Part shown: piece by piece, positions 12,615 to 25,672 of the stretch
How positions within the stretch are numbered: the first letter of the stretch is position 1
Layout: each line of letters opens with the position of its first letter
Source: Cetorhinus maximus
Lineage: Eukaryota
Length of the DNA stretch: 64,000 bases
Assembly: GCF_964194155.1 (NCBI RefSeq)
Contig: NC_135897.1
Coordinates: forward strand, 76,322,001-76,386,000
Reading direction: 5' to 3'
The notes under the pieces: generated by a model
What the model was told of the DNA's origin: nothing
Databases searched by the model: none
What the model saw: only the letters and a program-made list of their open reading frames with translations
Program-made: the position numbers and the translations under genes

Positions 12615-14575
12615 TAGTAAAAGGCCTTTCGGCCCATCATGTCCGTGCTAGCCATCTATTCTAATTCTATTCTAATCTCATTTTCCAGAACTTGGCCCGG
12701 AGCCCTGTATGCTATGTTTGTTATGTTTCACTAATTTAGTTGGTCATCTTCTGATATATTTTGGCTGGGTGTGCTGATTTCACGTTTAGACAGCAGTATC
12801 TCAAAATTCTGCTCATTTCGTTGCTGAGGAACAAAGGACTTAGGAGCAAGGATAGGCCATTCGGCCCTTCGAGCCTGCTCCACCATTCAATAAGATCATG
12901 GCTGATCTGGTTGTGGTCTGAACTCCACTTCCTTGCCTGCCTCCCATAACTCTTGACTCCCATGCCTATTAAAAATCTACCTAACTCTGCCTTAAATAAA
13001 TTCAGCCTCCACTGCTCTCTGGGGATGACAGACTAACGGCCCTCTATGAGAAAAGACTTCTCCTCATATCAGTCTTAAAAGGGAGACCTCTTATCCTTAA
13101 ACCATGTTCCCTAGATCTAGTTTCCCCCCCACCCCCTCAAGTGGTAACATCCTCCTGGTATCTACCCCATCAGGTCCCCCCAGGATCTTGGGCAGGATTT
13201 TTACCCTGTCGGGCGGGCATGGCGGGCAGACCCGGGAGCGGTCGCAAAACTGACCGCTGCCCGCAAATCGGGCCCTGACCACGATTTCACGCTGGCTGGC
13301 CAATTAACAGCCAGCTGGCATGAATCGTGCGCTAAACGCTGAGTGCCACCAGAATGGGGGCACGAGGAGGGTGAACATGGACGTTTGTGGATGCACGCGG
13401 GTACGCGCACTGAAAGCTCCACTGAAAGCCTCAGGGTGCTAAAGATTTTTAAAAACATAAATAAAGAACTTAAAATGTTAAAAACATGTCCCTTTATGTG
13501 ACTCTGTCACATGAGCAGGGACATGTTGTAAATAAGATTTCAACATTTTTATTTTATTTTTAATATTGTTAGAAACCTCATCCCGCCTGTGGATGAGGTT
13601 TTATAAAAAATCCAAAGGCCGCTTGGCCTTTTTGCTCGTCCTTCAACCGAACAGTTGGACAGGCAGCGAAAAGCCAGATTTGATTAATTGAGGCCTTAAT
13701 AGCCCTCTTAATTGTCGGCAGGCGCGTTACCACCTCTCGCGTGAGTCCGCCGAGCGAAATATTGCAAGAGTGCACAATGAGGTCGGGATGCTCGCCTGAC
13801 ATCATCACGGACTTTTTTACTCTCGTTCAGGTCGGGTGCACGCCCGCCCGACGAGAGACAAATTCTATCATTTATATATTTCAATAAGATCACCTGTCAT
13901 TCTCCTAATCTCCAATGGGTAGAGGCCCAACCTAATCAACTTTGCTTCAAAGGATGAGCACTTCATCCCAGGAATGAGTCAAGTGAACCTTCTCTAAACT
14001 CCTTCGAATGCAATTATATCTTTCTTTCAAATAAGAAGGACCAAAACTGTACACAGTACTCCAGATGCAGTCTCACCAAGGCCCTGTACAGCTGCAGTAA
14101 ATCTTCCCTACTTTTATATTCCATTCCCCTTGCAATAAACACCAACATTCCATTTGTATTCCTAATCACTTGCTATACCTGTGTACTAACTTTTTGTGAT
14201 TCATGTACCAGAACACCCAGATCCCTTTTTACCAGAGTCCTGCAATCTCTTTCCATTTAAATACTATGTTGCTTTTCCATTCTTCCTGCCAAAAGTGGAT
14301 AAGTAAACATTTTCCCATCTCCATCTGCCATTTTTGTCCATCCCATTAACCTGTCCATATCTCTTTGCAGACTCTATACCTCCTCTTGACAACTTACTTT
14401 CCTACCTATCTTGGTGTCATCGGCAAATTTAGCTACCATGCAATTGGTCCCTTCATCAAAATCATTGATGTAGATTATAAATAGTTGAGGCCCAGCACTG
14501 ATCCCTGTGGCACTCCACTAGTTACAGCCTGAAAAATATCTGCTTATCCCTACTCTCTGCTTCCTGTTAGCTTGA
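12615..14575 (-). mobile_element. CR1 LINE fragments interrupted by a MITE
   Basis: CR1 tail at 12830; RT region to ggtgtcatcggcaaattt (KFADDTK on minus strand) near 14410-14430. Confidence 0.82.
13189..13870 (-). mobile_element. Harbinger-type MITE inserted into a CR1 fragment
   Basis: TGGGCAGGATTTT start; reverse-complement similarity to 6445-7062; CR1 sequence continues on both sides. Confidence 0.78.
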
Positions 14576-15177
14576 ATAGAGGCATTAATTATGGAGCATT
14601 TGACTTCTCTGAAAATATTGACTATCTGTCTTATTGAAGAAAATCCAATTTCATGTCTTATAAAAAGATTAATTTCTCATTAAACCTAAACCTAAAGCTG
14701 TCTCAAATTATTATAATGCCCTTTTCCTTTAATCAGTACTGCAGCATTGATGAGGAACACTTTGCTTCTTGCCCATGTGGATTCTAAATGATTCACATGT
14801 GTCAACAGTATGACTAGGAAATGTGAAAATAAACATATGGGCTCTCTCTAGTCCATACACAACAGCCTAAGGGCAGATATGGGGGCGAGACAACATCCGC
14901 AAATCATTTTGGCATCATGTGCATATTCTTCCCCTCTCCTCTCCACATCCCTAATACTCCTTCAGCACTTTAGATAATATTATATCTCTGGAAATGAACC
15001 AGCTTCAACTACTGATTTATGGCCAGCCAGAGTTGTAATGAGCTGCCTCTTGATCATTATGTACTGACCTTTGCTCAGAAGAATGCAGGTGCGTACATCA
15101 GGTGAGGATAGGGTTGGATTTGACTGTTGCCTGTTGGACTTGGCTCACCTGCTGAGACTTTCTTTTCAGGATCAGTA

Positions 15178-15540
15178 ACATACGGGGCATGGGCATCGCT
15201 GGCTAGGTTAGCATTTATTGCCAATCCCTAATTGCCCTTGAGAAGGTGGTGGTGCCATTTCAGATGGCAATTTTAAGAGTCAACCACAATGCTATGGGTC
15301 AGGAGTCATAGAGCAGGTAAGGACACCAGACTTCCTTCCTTAAAGGGAATTAGTGAACCAGGTGGGTTTTTATGACATTCGACAATAGTTTCATTGTCAT
15401 CATTAGACTTTTAATTCCAGATTTTCTTTTTGAATTCCCACCATCTGCTGTGGTGAGATTCAAACACAGGTGCCCAGAGCATTGTCATGGGTCTCTGGAT
15501 TACTAGTCCAGTGACGATACCAGTACGCCACCACCTACCC
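15178..15540 (-). mobile_element. tRNA-head SINE made of the 5' head and 3' tail of the 60198-62945 LINE family
   Basis: Minus strand reads ggtggcgtactggtatcgtcactggactagtaatccagag...ctgaaatgg joined to caccaccaccttctcaagggcaatt. Confidence 0.8.
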
Positions 15541-15585
15541 TAGTGATTTACCAGAGCCTGCCAGCTCCACCATATGCCAACTCAT

Positions 15586-16293
15586 GGGCCTGAATCTTCC
15601 GTTCAGCATGCGGGGGTGGGGCCCGCTCGCCGACACGTAAAATGACGGATGGTGACGTCAGGCGTGCGTCCCAACATCACCACGCGTCATTCAGATCTTG
15701 AGTTCGGCAGGCACGCACTGGAGTCGGCTGCGTGCCCACCGAACTGTCAAAGGCCCATTAAGGCCATTTAAATAGCAATTAAAATAACTAACAGGGCTGC
15801 CCATCCGACCTTAAGGTTGGTGGGGCAGGCAAAGAGCCCAGGCGGCCTTCACATTTTTCATGGAACCTCATCCACAGGCGGGATGAGGTTTCAAGAAGGA
15901 TTTTTAAACGTGATAAAAAATGTTATTAAAATTCATTGACATGTCCCAGCTCATGTGACACTGTCACATGAGGGGACATGTCTGAATGTTTTTTCCTTCT
16001 TGATTTCAATTTTTCATTACCAGCTTAATCTTCCTAAGGCAGCTTCGTGCCTCAGGGAGATTTCTGCGCTCTTTCACGCATGCGTGCAAAAGAACTCAGG
16101 CCCCAATTCTCCTACCTCCCCCTGCCCGCATAGGGAGCGCTCAGCACCTCCGGGTGCGCATCATGCTGGGTGGGCCTTAACTGGCCTGACCACGTAAAAT
16201 AGAGGCGCGCAGCCAATTGCAGGCGACGATCGGCTGCGCGCCCACCCCTGCCCGGTCCTACTCAGCCCCCCTGACGGGGAGAAAATTCTCCCC
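15586..16293 (+). mobile_element. Harbinger-type MITE
   Basis: GGGCCTGAATCTTC / GAAAATTCTCCCC termini; same internal blocks as 6445-7062. Confidence 0.78.
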
Positions 16294-16389
16294 ATATTTT
16301 CTTACCCTATTTTCTTATTATATGAATTTAAGGCATAAAATGTTGTATTCTTCAGGCGTCTTCAGTTTTCCCAATGGGAGAATTTCAGG

Positions 16390-16630
16390 TTACAGAATCA
16401 CAGAATCTGTGCAGTGCAGAAGGAAGCTATTCGGCCCATCGAGTCTGCACTGACTCTCTGGAAGAGCATTCTAACTAGTCCCACTCCCCTGCCTTATCCC
16501 TGTAACCCTGCATATTCTCTCTTTTCAGATAGCAATCCAATTCCCTTTTGAATACCTCTATTGAACCTTCCTCCACCACCCTTTCAGGGAGTTCATTCCA
16601 GACGCCAACCATCCTCTGGGAGAAAAATTA
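16390..16630 (-). mobile_element. CR1 (HER1-type) LINE 3' tail
   Basis: cagaatcacagaatc microsatellite-like tail and ttcggcccatcgagtctgcac. Confidence 0.75.
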
Positions 16631-16746
16631 AAGGTTAACCAAAATACAACTCAATACCTGTAACAGTACAGGCAAATATTCCTTCTCAAGCAAGATTCTG
16701 TTGAATCCGGGGCACCAGAATTACACTACCCATTTTAGAGACACTT

Positions 16747-17417
16747 GGGGCAGGATTTTCAATCTGGAGTCAGGAACCCAGTGCCTAGATCATTTCTGAG
16801 TCCCAACCCCACTCTGTGGTTTTGATGTCCAAAGGCTCTAATTGGGCTGGAGGTGAATTCAGTGCCCCATTGTCTCCAGAGAGTGAGTCTCAAAGGCAGA
16901 CCACAGCCATCACTAGGCTTGCTTTTGCCTTGTGGAATGGAGCAGGCAGGAGAGCAGGGGATCAGCAGCCTCATGGTTTGAACAAATGCCCAAACTCTTA
17001 ATCATCAGCTATTTAATCTGCACTGCTCAAGCGTTGGCAACTGTGCCACTGCATGAGCGCCTCAGTTTGACTTTCCTTTTTTTAGCAAGTTTTTAAATCA
17101 GCTGCCACGATCAATAATGGCTCTCCGTTATGTTCCCAACCATACACTAACATGTCCCCGATCATTCGCTCTTCCCGTTCTTACCTTTGAAAATTTGATT
17201 CTGCCCCTCTCCAGCCCGTTAACAAGATCCTCAATGAGCCTAACGACTAGTTAATTGGAGGTGTGCGGGTTTCCGGCTCCAGCCCCCACTTTGAACACTG
17301 CAGCACATCACTGAGATATCAGAAGACTGACATGCCATCAGGGAGCACTATTTTCAAAACATGCCCACACCCAACCTTGCCCCCCGCCCACCACCATGCA
17401 ATTGAAAATCAAGCCCC
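16747..17417. mobile_element. Older Harbinger-like MITE
   Basis: GGGGCAGGATTTTCAAT / ATTGAAAATCAAGCCCC imperfect TIRs. Confidence 0.6.
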
Positions 17418-17949
17418 TGTTTTTACTAAGCACGATCATCATTAACAATTTTGTACTCACTAGGGGCATTTGCTGCATATTATACCTTGAAGTATGGTAG
17501 CAAAGATTTCAAAGTATCAGCTGGGGCACTTTTTATTGCCTTCACAATCAACAATCAACTGTGCCACAAATATCGCTACTGATGTTCAAAGATTTCAAAA
17601 TCAGTTTTGGAACTTTTGAACCAGTGTACATTTCACTGATACAGTTTATGTCCAAAAGAATTCTCCAACTAATGGGGCTGTCTTTGAGCTCTACAAAACA
17701 GTTGGAATTGTACAGATGATTGCCATATCACAGATATCAGCAGACTCCATGGAATAACATCCTCCAATGAATATCAGTAAGACTCTTCAATCCCTGGCCA
17801 AGCTCTCATTTTTTGCTATCATCAGGTGAATGTCAAGTTTGTATGTGTGACAAGCAAGTTAGAAAGAGTTTTGAGAAGCCTTTCAACTGGCATCAATGAA
17901 AATATCCAAGGGAAAGTTTTCCTTTGCCTGCCTCAATATTAGAAACCTG

Positions 17950-18878
17950 AGGCTGAATTTAATCAGTGCGGAAATGGCCCCATTCACAGGGCAGAATTTA
18001 TTTCCCCCCATTCTCCAGCAGCAGGCTGGGAGGTGAAGAGGGGTGGCGTATAATCAGGTGGGAAGGTGTGCAGAGGCCATCGGCTGCCCAACTCCCTTTG
18101 ATTAAGTTAGAGGCAGTGAAGGTCAAGGTTGGCCTTCACACTCCCAATTAATGGCCACTTAAGAGCTGCATCCCACCACCCCTGGTATTCTACCAATGGC
18201 AGGGGGAGCCATGGTGGGCCCTCCCACTGGCAGGGGCCACACCCACTGGAGAAGCACTCCTGCCGTCCATCTTGACATCCTCCCCTCCCCCACCCACCAG
18301 GGCCTACCTGACTGGGCCTGGTGAGCCAGCCCCACTCACCTCTCTTCTGGGCCTCCATCAGTGGTAGTTGTTTTGGAGCCTCCTGCAGTCCCTGCAGTGA
18401 CCACTGCACAAAGTGGCAGTGCTGGGGCTAAAGAGCTGCTGCCCATCTGATTGGCAGGCAGCTCTTGGAGGCAGGCCCTTCACCTTTTAAAGGAATGGGA
18501 ACCTTCAGTAGACTGCCTGATTGACTTTTAATCCTGTCAGGGTTCCTGAAAATAGTCATGGAGGGGTTACTACCAGCTGTTCCAGTAGGGGTGGCCCTTG
18601 CATCTGGGGTGTCTCGCTGTGAGACACATGGCTGCCTGACCAGGAGGCCCCCTCCCCCATTGAAGCCCTTAATTGGCCACTTCAGGGCCTCAACAGGCCT
18701 AGGAGCAGAAAGGCCGAACACGACCTTGCCTGCCACTGGCTTAAATGGTGGTGGGGGGGGCGAAATCTGAAAGATGATGGGCTCTCCATCCCATACCTTC
18801 AAATTATATCATATATCAAATCGATCATAAGGTCGCCCCACCTCCCAGCCCGCCCCACGATGGAGAATTAATTCCACT
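17950..18878. mobile_element. Composite or nested Harbinger-like MITE remnants
   Basis: GGCTGAATTT and GGGCAGAATTT starts, repeated TTAATTGGCCACTT subterminal motif in both orientations. Confidence 0.45.
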
Positions 18879-18884
18879 TTTTAA

Positions 18885-19660
18885 AATTATTCATTCATGG
18901 GATGTGGGCGTTGCTGGCTAAGCCAGCATATGTTGCCCATCCCTAATTGTCCATGAGAAGGTGGTGGTGAGCTGCCTTCTTGAACTGCTGCCGTCCATGT
19001 GTTGTAGGAACACCCACACTGCTGTTACGAAGGGAGTTCCAGGATTCTGTCCCAGCAACAGTGAAGGAACAACAATATAGTTCCAAGTCAGGGTGATATG
19101 TGACTTGGAGGGGAGCTTGCAGGTAGTGGTGCTCCCATGCATCTACTGCCCTTGTCTTTCTAGGTAGTACATGTCGTGGGTTTGGAAGGTGTTGTCTAAG
19201 GAAACTTGGTGAGTTGCTGCAGTGCATCTTGTGGATGGTACACACTGCTGCTACTGTGCATTGGCGGTGGAGGAAGTGAGTGTTTAAGGTGGTAGATGGT
19301 GTATGAATCAAGTGGGCTGCTTTGTCCTGGATGGTGTCGAGCTTCTTGAGTGTTGTTGGAGCTGCACTAATCCAGGCAAGTGGAGAGCATTCCATCACAC
19401 TCCTGGCTTGAGCCTTGTAGATGGTGGATAGGCTTTGGGGAGGCAGGAAGTGAGTTAATCTCTGCAGAATACCCAGCCTCTAACCTGCTCTTGTAGCCAC
19501 AGTATTTATGTGGCTGGTCCAGTTAAGTTTCTGATCAATGGTAACCCCCAGGATGTTGTTAGTGGGGGGGTTCAGCCATTGAATGTCAAGGGGAGATGGT
19601 TAGATTCTCTCTTGTTGGAGATGCTCATTGCCTGGCACTTGTGTGGCACGAATGTTACTC
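18885..19660 (-). mobile_element. 3' fragment of the same LINE family as 60198-62945
   Basis: ECSPLAWISAAPTTLKKLDTIQDKAA...SWNSL...FKKAAHHHLL; shared tail. Confidence 0.82.
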
Positions 19661-20587
19661 CTGGAGTGTCTAGCCCAAGAATTGTCAGGATTTTATGTCC
19701 TGTTGCTATCCTTGGTCCAGGCCCTACAATGGCAAGTTTAGGACTGGCAAAAGGAGGAGGAAAATACATTTTGCTGCAAACATCTCAGGATGTAGCTGCA
19801 TGTCAGGCCTCAGTCACTGGGATCTTCAGAAGATCTGAATTCTATCTAAAGGTTCTGGAGAGTGGCGTAATTTTGAAAATTTACCCTGCTTGGCAGCCAT
19901 TGACTAATCCCTGGTCCCCCATGGATTCTCTGATTAGGTAGGCCCGAAATGAATGTGTTGTAGGGCATCTCTGCTGTGGTGTGCTGAAATCCAGGAAATG
20001 AGGAGGAAGACTCATGTAATTTACAGGATGTCAGTCAAGTTTTCCCTCTCGAGGAAAGCCTCGGAAATTCCAGGGCAACCTAAAAGGAATGGAATTAAAG
20101 CAGAAAATGCTGGAAAATCTCAGCAGGTCTGGCAGCATCTGTGGAGAGAGAAACAGAGTTAACGTTTCGAGTCCCTATGATTCTTCTAATTCTTCCAGCA
20201 TTTCCTGTTTTTATTTCAGATTTCCAGCATCTGCAGTATTTTGCTTTTATCTTGTAAAAGGAAACCTGAACTGCTGGGTTTTTTTCCCCTGACCTTTGCC
20301 AGTGTTTCTGGGGAGAAGGGTCACAAAAGAAATCAAACTTCCGCATTTCGGCTGGGCTATACTAGTTGTACCACGTCCTGCTGATTGACTCTTATTCGAA
20401 TGGTTGTGAATTGGCACTGGGTCACTGATCTGCATTGAGAACAAATGCTTCAAAAGGTACTAATGCTCAGAAAACCAAAATGACAGTAAAACCTATCTCA
20501 GCACTGTTCCAACATGTGACACGAGGAGACTCCCATATCAGCCTGGGACAAATACAAAGTTTATAAGATTGTTATGTTTTGAGACTA

Positions 20588-21790
20588 TGGCTAGAATCGT
20601 CCCAGACTTGCACTGAGTGCAGTAGCGGGCGGGAAAAACGGCACTTTACCCGCCGGCTGCAATGGCGGCTTTTCACACCGTATCGTCCCAAACCCACCAC
20701 ATTAATTATGCATTCCCGGGATACACGCTGTTTCCATGGCGGGCGGGCTCCGATGCGTCACCTCGCCACTTCATCACGCCAGGCACCACATTTAAACTTC
20801 AGCCGGGCTCAGTGCTTCCAGACCAGGACTGCAGCAAAGAAGGCATGGCCCCAAAAGGCAAGAAGACTGCAGCCCTCGAGTACCTTCTGGACACCATGGA
20901 GACCTGCTGTGATGTCCTCTACACCCGCTCTGGCTGCAGGAGGGGCAGCAACATTACCACCCCAGCTTGGTAGGCCATGGCAGTGGTGATCGGTGCCAGT
21001 GCTGCACAGAAAAGGTTAGCCATCCAATGCAGATAGAGGATGAATTATCTCATCCGTGCAGCCAGGGTTTGGCAGCCATCTCATCACTCTAAACTTACAA
21101 ACTCAAGTCCATTGCACATTCACTGGCATCTCACTCACTGCCAGCTCAAGGGACATCACCACCCATTCTCACACACACACCCTCACATGTCCATCTAGCC
21201 TCATCTCCTCTGGAGACTGCCTCCTCAGCCCTCACCATCTTGAGGGCTGCACAGACTTGCACAGATCAACATGCGCTCCCACACACACCCTGGGATACCC
21301 TCCTTCCCCAGTACAGCCCTCGCCCTGCAGCCTCTTCCCTTGCCTGAGGCCACTTCTCCCACTTCCCCAAGCAAGCCCTAGCCCTGCAGCCATTGAAGAG
21401 CCTACCAAATATGGCTGAACTGGTAGGTAGAGACCTGCCCGTAAGCTCCCCTAAAAATGATGTGGTGCTGTCTGTGAAGCCTGGCGCTGATGACAGTGAG
21501 TGCTGACTGAAACAAGGTAGGCAAACAAACCTTGAAGTCCCGAGCAAAGTACAGCCCACCAAGTGCACACCTTATATATGCTGTTGTGAAAGACATTGGC
21601 ATGTTTTCCTGCAGACGTGGGTGGATGATACAGCAGGGGTGACGATTCCAGAAGGCTGGCCTAATAATGAAAAGCAGATGTATTACAATCAGATTCCCGA
21701 GTCCGATGGTGGGAAACGTGGCCTGCCATCAGCAGGCTGAGTGGACGGTAGCAAACTGGTTTCATGCTGTCATGAAGAGCTGCTGCCTTC
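20588..21790 (+). mobile_element. Non-autonomous Harbinger deletion derivative related to the 38.2-43.3 kb element
   Basis: Left end resembles 38229 ff; degenerate Myb exon MAPKGKKTAA...LLDTME..DVLY...PAW*; 21555-21780 resembles 42985-43210; no transposase; right TIR missing. Confidence 0.8.
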
Positions 21791-23625
21791 ATCCGGAGGG
21801 GTCCTGAGAGGAGCCCACAGAGACAACAAGTAGATCATGCGCCAACGTAAGGTCGCTATGGACCTTCCTGTTCACCATTGATGGACGGGCACCTGGCTGG
21901 GATACTGGGTGCCTCATCCACCTCCCACAGTGGCACTGACCACCTGAGGTCATTCTTGCAGGTCTGAGCACGACCCCAGGAACCCCTGATTCTGTCCCTG
22001 GAGCTGCCTCTCCATGAGAGTCACCACTCTCTCAATGGAGGAGGCAGTGCGCTCGGTCGGCCATGAGGGTCAACATTGTGCTCATGCTCTGCATGGACTC
22101 CTCCATAACAGAGACCATGGCACACATACCCTCATGGATCCCCGCCAGATCCTCCCACACATCCCACTGGCCGCCTAATGGATGACTCCAGAGACTCATC
22201 CACTGCCTTCAGCCCAGCATCATCCTGGTCTCCAGCAGTCCTCCGACTGCTGGTGCCCTGGGCACTCTCTGCCTCCGCTTACTCTTCAAGGAGTGTGAAG
22301 TGCCCTCACAGCACCAACAATGTAGCTGACAATCTAACGCCCACCGAGGTGTTGGCATCTGCGCTGGTGCCTACTTCAAAGTGCAGCTGTGATACAGGTG
22401 CAAATGAAGCCCAGCAGTCCTCCGATGTCAGAGGTGGTCCTTCGGGGTCCTGCAATTGAGTGCCTGCTGGCGAATGTAAGGGAAAACAAGGACATGTCAT
22501 TAGTTAAAGTCATTACTCTGTCACTGTACATACAAGGCACCCTGCTGATACAATGGAGATCTGCATCACGGTACCAGCATCTTTCAATGATCAACGGGGA
22601 CTCCAGGTTTGAGGCTCCCATCAATGAAGAGACTACACAGAATGGTTGCACAAGCTGAAACACTCACCTCTGTGCACTGCGTTCTTATCTTCATCTGACA
22701 CCCCAGCCTCTCCATGTCCGGTTACACGGAGAACGTGCCAGCTCTCCAGCTCCAGGGGGTCCTGCTCGAGCCTGGTCAGCAGCAGCAGGTTGGGCGGGTC
22801 TCTGCCTGTCCATGCCCTCTCCAGTTGGTTATGGCTTGTCTTCTCCTGAAAGGACAGAGCAGCATTGATTAATCCACTCTCTACCTGCAGTGCCATTGCA
22901 GCCTGGCCAACCGCACCTGAGGAACACTTTGTAGGGCACATCCAAGGTACTCAGTCCAAGCAGCCAGGGCTCACCCCCTTGTCCAGCTCCAGCGTCATTG
23001 ACAGTTGGCACTCAGGCTCTAACACCATTGAGCTTCACAGCGGAACAGACAGCCCTTAATAATTCTGCACACTGATCCATGCCAACATGGTACTCATCCT
23101 TCCTGAGCGCAGCAGGTCATTGAATCTCTTGTGGCACTGCACCCATGTGTGCCACACCACGGCATGACTGCTGACTGCTGCCACCTCCTCCCAGGCTTTC
23201 TTTATCAGGTCCTCCTTCTGTCCTTTGGTACATTGGTGCCCCTCCTGGAAGCCATCTACTCCAGGAGGTCCGAAAAACGTGGGGCCAAGTGCCCACCTGC
23301 TTGCCGTCTCCAGCCGCTCCTGAGGCCATAGGTACCATCTCCGCAACGCTGACTGTCTGCTTCTTCATCGACAGCCTTCAAGGGGCTGCCTGTGCCGTTT
23401 TTAAACTGCCTGCCAGGTCGCCATTGGACCTGGCACACAACACATCCCCGTCCGTGCTAGGCCCTTCCCGACCATTGGGAAGCCACATTTCCCATTGGGT
23501 GGGCTTTAATTGGCCAGCCAGTGTGAAATTGCGGTCGTGGGCCAATCGCAAGCAGCAGCCCGTTTTCCGGCCGACCCTGGGCCCACCAATCACGCCCGCC
23601 TGCTGACCTGAAAATTCAGGCCCCC
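21790..23625 (-). mobile_element. Second Harbinger family fragment with Myb/SANT gene remnant
   Basis: KKAWEEVAAVSS...TWVQCHKRFNDLLRS and QEKTSHNQLERAWTG on minus strand; terminal GAAAATTCAGGCCC TIR at about 23610-23623. Confidence 0.8.
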
Positions 23626-24199
23626 AGTCTCAGAGAGGTTTGAAAGACTGGAGGAAAACAATGAAATCCATATCAAACATTTCGTTATATTTCTGATTAA
23701 TTTGATTTTGCAGCAAATTAGTCAACATGAAATATTCTCCAACTAATGGTTCAGGAAATGAATCTGACTTAAATGTCACAAAAATAAACATGTTTAGAAG
23801 ATCTCTCAAGCTGTTTTCAATCTCCGGAACAAAGTCATAGCAATAATCCACAGGGAATGATGTCCTAACCTCATTGCAAAACTGGTTTCATGTGACATTT
23901 CTGGTAAGCTATTGATTTTCATATATAACTTCCTTAGAGGAATCCACACACAAGTACACAACAAATGGATATTAATTTTCTTTAAAATAACAAAACTGTG
24001 CAAGAATCTCCAAGGAGGATTGTTTGCCCCTCTCTGTTAACCATTGATATTCTCGATTCCACAGAAGTTCATTTTTAAAAACTGACGATGCCACAAAATA
24101 GTTAACCCTTGATCAGAAAGACAAAATGCAACCAAATCACTGCAGGCAGAGGCACACAGACTGAGCAGTCAGAAAACTAGTGGTGCTTTCAATGATGAA

Positions 24200-25672
24200 G
24201 GCCTGAAGTTTCATGCAGGTGGAGAGGCTCTCAGCCTTAGTGAAAATGGTGGCAGAGGCACGAATCCATAAGTCCCGCTCCTGAACCTGGCCCCTGCCAT
24301 TTTCACGGGGCAGGGGTGGGGGCTGGGTGGGGAATAGGGACAGCTTCTAAACAGTACATTTGTGGTTCATGAAAGCAACTGCGCTTTTAAAGTGCAGCTG
24401 CCTCAGCCAGACCTGATTTTGGCTAGTGGGATATCCAAAACACAACTTGTGCACTTTAGCCCTGATAGGATATGGTCTAAAGCTGCCAGAGTTCTTTGGA
24501 GAAGTAGGTACCCTTTTGGAGAGGTAGGATGCCCTTTCGGTCATCACGCCAGGACGCCTTTGGGGGAGGCAAGGTTCCCTTTGGGATTGTTAAAATTAGA
24601 CACAAATGTGTGTAAAAAGTGCTTAAGCTCAGTGCAACTGTACACTCATTTGAACTGTCAAGAGAAATGTCAAGAGAACTGACTATCTGTCAAGGGATTT
24701 AAGTCTCCTGCCCTTTACATATTTGAAAGAGCTGTCTGCAGTGTTAAAAAAAACTGCCTGCTATTTCACTATGTCTATTAACTTAAGCCTGAGGGTTATC
24801 ATTACAGGATTAGTGCTGTATGACTGATTTCACAACCATTCATCATCAGACTAGGGTGTCTGTCAGTTCATAGTTTGATTGACAGCTCAAAGTTGCAATA
24901 AACTCTTTCAAGTGTACCAATGACTACAAATGCTTATTTTTGTAAGGAATTAAAGGAGGCTAAATGAAGTGAATAGATTTTTATCATTGAGATTGTTTTT
25001 TTGAATAATGAATTCATTGCTTAAGAACTTTATTTACTCTCAGCATGGCTCCTGAGGTCTGCCCCTGGTGGAAACTAGGTAAGTTAGCATGGTAGATGTA
25101 AGAGCAAAGGGTGGTGGTGGGGGCCATGGGTTGGCATGAGTTGAGACTAAGGTGGCATAGTGTCTGTAAAGGGCCATCAGGGTGGGTAGAGAAGCATAAG
25201 TTGGCATGGAGGGTAAGAGGAGCTGTGGGGGTAGCTGGGGACATTCATTGGCATGGAGGGTATGAGGGGCCATGGGGGATTTGTGGGTGGCATAGGTTGG
25301 CATGGATGTGGCGTGGGGGGTGTGTGTGAGTGGTGAGGGGGTGTGAATGGGGGGAGGGTTGGACGGATGTTTATCGTTTCATTCATTTTTCTATGTCTTC
25401 GACAAAATGCCAGAGCACCAAGGCTGGCCTTTCACCCAGCCCCATCTCCACACTCGACAGCCTCCGAACTCTTTCCTGAGTCGCCCGCCACAACTCCAAT
25501 TACACCCACCACCCTCACCATGCAACCCCCCCCAACCTCCCCCACCTCCCATCCCCCACTCTGCCCCAGGACTGAAAATCCAAACTTCTGGGGCACTTTT
25601 TCCTGGGCGGGGCCTATGGAGCCAGAAATTGTCCTGACTCTGTGCTCCTGAACTGGGAGCGAAAAATCAGGC
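24200..25672. mobile_element. Non-autonomous Harbinger-like element with internal GGCAT-rich low-complexity tract
   Basis: GGCCTGAAGTTTC / GAAAAATCAGGC imperfect termini; degenerate tggcat repeats at 25090-25320. Confidence 0.45.

Noticed and set aside
20160-20190. Additional functional hammerheads here and at 46295-46327
   Set aside because: The CUGAUGA core is truncated or mutated; counted only as family remnants.
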